In this document: positions 60,529 through 64,000 of the stretch, in pieces
Numbering within the stretch: the first letter of the stretch is position 1
Layout: the number at the start of each line of letters is the position of its first letter
NCBI GenBank assembly: GCA_016195085.1
Contig: JACQAG010000022.1
Coordinates: 10,700 to 74,699 of the forward strand
DNA: 64,000 nucleotides
From: Pseudomonadota bacterium
Lineage (GTDB): Bacteria > Pseudomonadota > Alphaproteobacteria > SHVZ01
Reading direction: 5' to 3'
Position numbers and translations under genes: made by a program
The notes under the pieces: generated by a model
Told to the model about the DNA's origin: nothing
The model's database searches: none
What the model saw: the letters and a program-made list of their open reading frames with translations, nothing else

Positions 60529-61050
60529 TTACCGGCGCCGCGGCGAAACGCGCCCGCGCCTCTGGAAGGGATCGGCAGCGGCCGCCCACGCTCTGGGACG
60601 GGGCGGGGCCTGGGTCTGCCGCGCCTGCAAGCGCTGCAGCAGCCAATGCACGAGATAGGCAGTGGCAAGCCCGAGGACAACCGCGCACAGCACCGCAGAC
60701 GCCGCGCGCAGGCTCAAGGAGCCGACCCAGCGCAAGGACGCCAGCAACCGGCCCGCCGCCTCGTAAGCGGCTATCAGCGCCAGCATGCCGGCCCAATTGA
60801 TGCCGAGCAGGGCGCGCCAACCCGTCGCCGGCGGTGGCGGCGGGATCGCGGGGGCGCTCGGGCGAACATAGGGCGCCAGTGCGGCGGTGAGTGCCGCGGC
60901 AATGGTCGGCACGAGATAGCGGACCCACCCGCTCTGGGCGATCGGCGCATCCACCAGCCAATCCCAGGCGATGTCGAGGCTGGTCCAGCCGATGAGGACG
61001 GCGGCGCAATCGGCGAGAAGGCGCCAGCAGAAGGTGAGCACGGCTTGCAT
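60529..61050 (-). CDS. Hypothetical membrane protein (4 predicted TM) upstream of pmbA
   Basis: Hydrophobic segments; Pro-rich PAIPPPPPATGW; no recognised domain. Confidence 0.4.
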   Translation of the reverse strand: MQAVLTFCWRLLADCAAVLIGWTSLDIAWDWLVDAPIAQSGWVRYLVPTIAAALTAALAPYVRPSAPAIPPPPPATGWRALLGINWAGMLALIAAYEAAGRLLASLRWVGSLSLRAASAVLCAVVLGLATAYLVHWLLQRLQARQTQAPPRPRAWAAAADPFQRRGRVSPRRR

Positions 61051-61055
61051 CGCGC

Positions 61056-62564
61056 CTATTTCCAGATCGGCTTGCCGGAGCCGGGAAGCCCGTATTCGCT
61101 CCAGCGGCGGGTCACCTGCTCGACGATGTCGTCGGCCATGCGGATCTTGCGGCCCCATTCGCGCTTGGTCTCGGGCGGCCATTTGTTGGTGGCATCGAGG
61201 CCGATCTTGCTGCCGAGCCCGCTCTCGGGTGAGGCGAAGTCGAGATAGTCGATGGGCGTGTTTTCGACAAGCGTGATGTCTCGCGCCGGATCCATGCGGG
61301 TTGCGATCGCCCACATGACGTCCTGCCAGTTCCGCGCATCGATGTCGTCGTCGACGACGATCACCCATTTCGTGTAGGTGAACTGCCTCAGGAACGACCA
61401 CACCCCGAACATGACCCGCTTGGCATGGCCGGGATAGGCCTTGCGCATGCTGACGACGGCGATGCGGTAGCTGCAGCCTTCGGGCGGCAGCCAGAAGTCG
61501 ACGATCTCGGGGAATTGCTGCACCAGCAGCGGGATGAACACCTCGTTGAGGGCTTGGCCCAGGACCGAGGGCTCGTCCGGCGGTCGGCCGGTGAAGGTGG
61601 AGAGATAGATCGGCTGCTGGCGCCGGGTAATGGCGCTGATGGTGAAGACCGGGAATGGCTCGACCGCGTTGTAGTAGCCGGTGTGGTCGCCATAGGGCCC
61701 CTCATCGCCATGCTCCGTCAGCGAGACATGGCCCTCGAGCACGATCTCGGCTTCCGCCGGCACCTTGAGCGGCACGCTGACGCAGTCCACCAGCTCGACG
61801 CGCTGGCCGCGCAGGAGCCCGGCGAACTGGTATTCGGAGAGGGTGTCGGGGACCGGCGTCACGGCGGCAAGAATGGTGCCCGGGTCGGCGCCGATCACGG
61901 CTGCGGCAGGGAAGGGCTCGGGGCGTTCCTTGGCCCAGCGCTGATGGTGCTGGGCGCCGCCGCGGTGACGCAGCCAGCGCATGAGCGTGGTGTTGCGGCC
62001 GGTCACCTGCAGGCGGTAGATGCCGAGATTGTAGCCGTCCTCCCGGCGCATCCCCGGTCCCCTGGTGACGATGAGAGGCCAGGTGATCAACGGCGCCGGC
62101 TCGCCCGGCCAGCAGGTTTGTATCGGCAGCGCCCCCAAGTCGATATCGCCCCCCCGCAGCACCACCTCCTGGCAGGGGGCGCGGGAGACGGTGCGCGGCT
62201 TCATCGCCATCACGGATTTGAGGAGCGGCAGCAGCTCCAAGGCCTCGCGCCAGCCGCCGGGCGGCTCCGGCTGCTTCAGGAAGGCCAAGGTCTCGCCCAC
62301 CTGCCGGAGCTCCTCCGGGCGCCGGTCCATGCCCATGGCGACCCGCTCGACGGTGCCGAAGAGATTGACCAGGACCGGCATGCCGTAAGCGCGGCTCTCG
62401 GCGCCGACGACGGTCTCGAACAGCACCGCCGGGCCGCCCTCGGCCAAGAGCCGGGTTTGAATCTCGGTCATCTCCAAGACCGGCGAGACCGGTGTCGACA
62501 CGCGGGCGAGCTGGCCGGCGCGTTCCAGCCGATCCATGAAGTCGCGCAGGCTGGCAAAAGGCAT
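61056..62564 (-). CDS. ubiD: UbiD-family decarboxylase (4-hydroxy-3-polyprenylbenzoate decarboxylase)
   Basis: [14 protein letters not shown] start, [46 protein letters not shown] UbiD signature. Confidence 0.9.
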   Translation of the reverse strand: MPFASLRDFMDRLERAGQLARVSTPVSPVLEMTEIQTRLLAEGGPAVLFETVVGAESRAYGMPVLVNLFGTVERVAMGMDRRPEELRQVGETLAFLKQPEPPGGWREALELLPLLKSVMAMKPRTVSRAPCQEVVLRGGDIDLGALPIQTCWPGEPAPLITWPLIVTRGPGMRREDGYNLGIYRLQVTGRNTTLMRWLRHRGGAQHHQRWAKERPEPFPAAAVIGADPGTILAAVTPVPDTLSEYQFAGLLRGQRVELVDCVSVPLKVPAEAEIVLEGHVSLTEHGDEGPYGDHTGYYNAVEPFPVFTISAITRRQQPIYLSTFTGRPPDEPSVLGQALNEVFIPLLVQQFPEIVDFWLPPEGCSYRIAVVSMRKAYPGHAKRVMFGVWSFLRQFTYTKWVIVVDDDIDARNWQDVMWAIATRMDPARDITLVENTPIDYLDFASPESGLGSKIGLDATNKWPPETKREWGRKIRMADDIVEQVTRRWSEYGLPGSGKPIWK

Positions 62565-62606
62565 GGCTGGGGTTGTGACCGGGCCTAGGGGCGCTGTCAA
62601 CCTGGG

Positions 62607-62921
62607 GTGGCCTCGCTTTATGGCATTGTTGGCATGAATGCATGGCCTTTGCAGGAAGCTTCGATGGTCTACTGGGTCATTGGCGGCGAATATACCGGCA
62701 CGGACTTCAAGACGCTCATCCCCGGAGCCAAGGAAGAGCGCCTCGGCCCGTTCGCCTCGTTGCGGGACGCCAAGGACGCGTGGGCGTCGCGGGCCTTTGC
62801 CACGGTCGACAGCGCGCATATCCGCTACCGCATCTTCGCTGAGAAGGACGGCAAGATGCGCCAGACCAAAGTCTCCCGCTCCAAGCGATCTTCCAAATCC
62901 AAGGATGTCGGCACGAGATAG
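62607..62921 (+). CDS. Small conserved hypothetical protein (DUF4170-like?)
   Basis: [40 protein letters not shown]; basic C-terminal tail; start likely the internal Met at about 62664. Confidence 0.35.
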   Translation: MASLYGIVGMNAWPLQEASMVYWVIGGEYTGTDFKTLIPGAKEERLGPFASLRDAKDAWASRAFATVDSAHIRYRIFAEKDGKMRQTKVSRSKRSSKSKDVGTR

Positions 62922-63508
62922 CGCGCTACCTCTTCCAGCCCGTGCTGCGGCCGGTAGGCGCGACCCGGATCGCCCATCAGCACCAGGGCGCCGGCCGCCG
63001 CGTTTCGCCTCAGCCAGGAAATCACCCGCTCGGCCATCGGCCGCTCGTAGCAGAGGTCGCCGGCAAGGATCAGCGACCAGGCGCCCGGCGGATCGTCGAG
63101 CACGTCGCGCACCAGCACCTCGACGGCGACCCTATTGGCGCCGGCGTTGAGGCGGATCGCGGTTGCAGCGAAGCGGTCGATCTCGCTCAAGCTGACGGCA
63201 GCACCGAGCTTGGCGGCGGCGATGCCGGCGACCCCGCCGCCGGCGGCGAGGTCGAGCACGCTTTGTCCACGCACGGTCTCCGGGTGATCGAAGAGATAGC
63301 GTGCCAGCGCCTGTCCGCCGGGCCAGGCGAAAGCCCAGTAGGGGGGTGGCAAGCCGGAGGCCTCCAGGCTTGCTTCGGTCGCCTGCCAGAGCGGCACGAC
63401 CTCGCTCGCCAGATAAAGCCGGAGCTCCGGCACCAGGGCGGCGACGGCGAGCGCGGTCTGGCTCAGCACGAAATCCTCCGGGTCCTGGGTGGCACCCACC
63501 CGGCTCAT
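62825..63508 (-). CDS. Class I SAM-dependent methyltransferase (METTL21/Nnt1-like, AdoMet_MTases fold)
   Basis: [12 protein letters not shown]...[20 protein letters not shown] motif I. Confidence 0.65.
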   Translation of the reverse strand: MSRVGATQDPEDFVLSQTALAVAALVPELRLYLASEVVPLWQATEASLEASGLPPPYWAFAWPGGQALARYLFDHPETVRGQSVLDLAAGGGVAGIAAAKLGAAVSLSEIDRFAATAIRLNAGANRVAVEVLVRDVLDDPPGAWSLILAGDLCYERPMAERVISWLRRNAAAGALVLMGDPGRAYRPQHGLEEVARYLVPTSLDLEDRLERETLVWRILPSFSAKMR

Positions 63509-64000
63509 CCGCCCCAGAAGCCGCCGAGGATCGTGCCCAGGGTCACGATCAGGCCGAAGTCGCGGTTGCTCTTGAACTTGGCGAGGCAGTCGGCGGGATC
63601 GTCGATGTCGAGGCTTGCCACCTGCCATATGAGATGCAGCCCGCCCAAGGCGAGGCCGGCGTTGAACGGCCAGCCGCTTCCTGCGGCCTGCCCCGCGGCC
63701 GCCAGCAGCGTGAGCGTGGCAAGATAGAAACCCGCAAGCCAGGGACGGGTCCGCGTGCCGAGCAGCAGCGCCGTGGATTTGACGCCGATCAGCGCATCGT
63801 CGGCCTTGTCCTGGTGCGCGTAGATCGTGTCGTAGCCGAGGGTCCAGCAGATCCCCGCCGCGTAGAGCAGGAGGGAGGGTGTGCCGATGCGGCCATGGAT
63901 CGCAACCCAGCCCATGAGCGCCCCCCAATTGAACGCCAGGCCCAGCACCAGCTGCGGCCAGTAGGTCACGCGCTTGGCCAAGGGATAGACGACGACGACG
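63505..64000 (-). CDS. ubiA: 4-hydroxybenzoate polyprenyltransferase, C-terminal part (gene continues past window end)
   Basis: YDTIYAHQDKADDALIGVKSTALLLG second Asp-rich motif of UbiA prenyltransferases. Confidence 0.8.
   Translation of the reverse strand, partial: VVVVYPLAKRVTYWPQLVLGLAFNWGALMGWVAIHGRIGTPSLLLYAAGICWTLGYDTIYAHQDKADDALIGVKSTALLLGTRTRPWLAGFYLATLTLLAAAGQAAGSGWPFNAGLALGGLHLIWQVASLDIDDPADCLAKFKSNRDFGLIVTLGTILGGFWGG

Overview
High-GC (roughly 65-70%) chromosomal segment with alphaproteobacterial gene content. Most of it is conserved core backbone:
- fliQ-fliR-flhB followed by a CckA-like hybrid histidine kinase
- recA (with LexA boxes) and alaS
- a sugar ABC-transporter operon
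- speD-speE, accA, xerD, aroK-aroB, cobS-cobT
- a ubiA/ubiD cluster.

Several small accessory or unusual modules are scattered through this backbone:
1. A VapB/VapC toxin-antitoxin (TA) pair sits in a lower-GC patch at the window start.
2. A HepT/MntA TA cassette is inserted into the 3' end of a large PIG-L/LmbE-family deacetylase gene. It is flanked by about 190-bp diverged direct repeats and left an orphaned C-terminal gene fragment behind.
3. A DUF6516-like small protein and a winged-helix regulator form a TA-like pair with a palindromic operator.
4. A DUF559 endonuclease-like pseudogene carries an in-frame amber stop.
5. A MoxR AAA+ ATPase and a VWA protein form a pair, distinct from cobS-cobT.
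6. A receiver protein with an Arg-rich C-terminal tail overlaps an Hpt-like protein.
7. A PP2C phosphatase, a TPR protein and an ECF sigma/anti-sigma pair form one cluster.
8. A CYTH-CHAD protein lies next to a SixA-like phosphatase.

At least ten intergenic loci carry members of a GC-rich mosaic family of structured palindromic repeats. They fall into two sequence subtypes that differ by compensatory substitutions (CCCCCACCCC...GGGGTGGGGG versus CCCTCACCCC...GGGGTGAGGG).

No CRISPR array, tRNA/rRNA gene or IS element/transposase was seen. Coordinates of starts are inferred from the ORF track plus visible start codons and may be off by a few codons.
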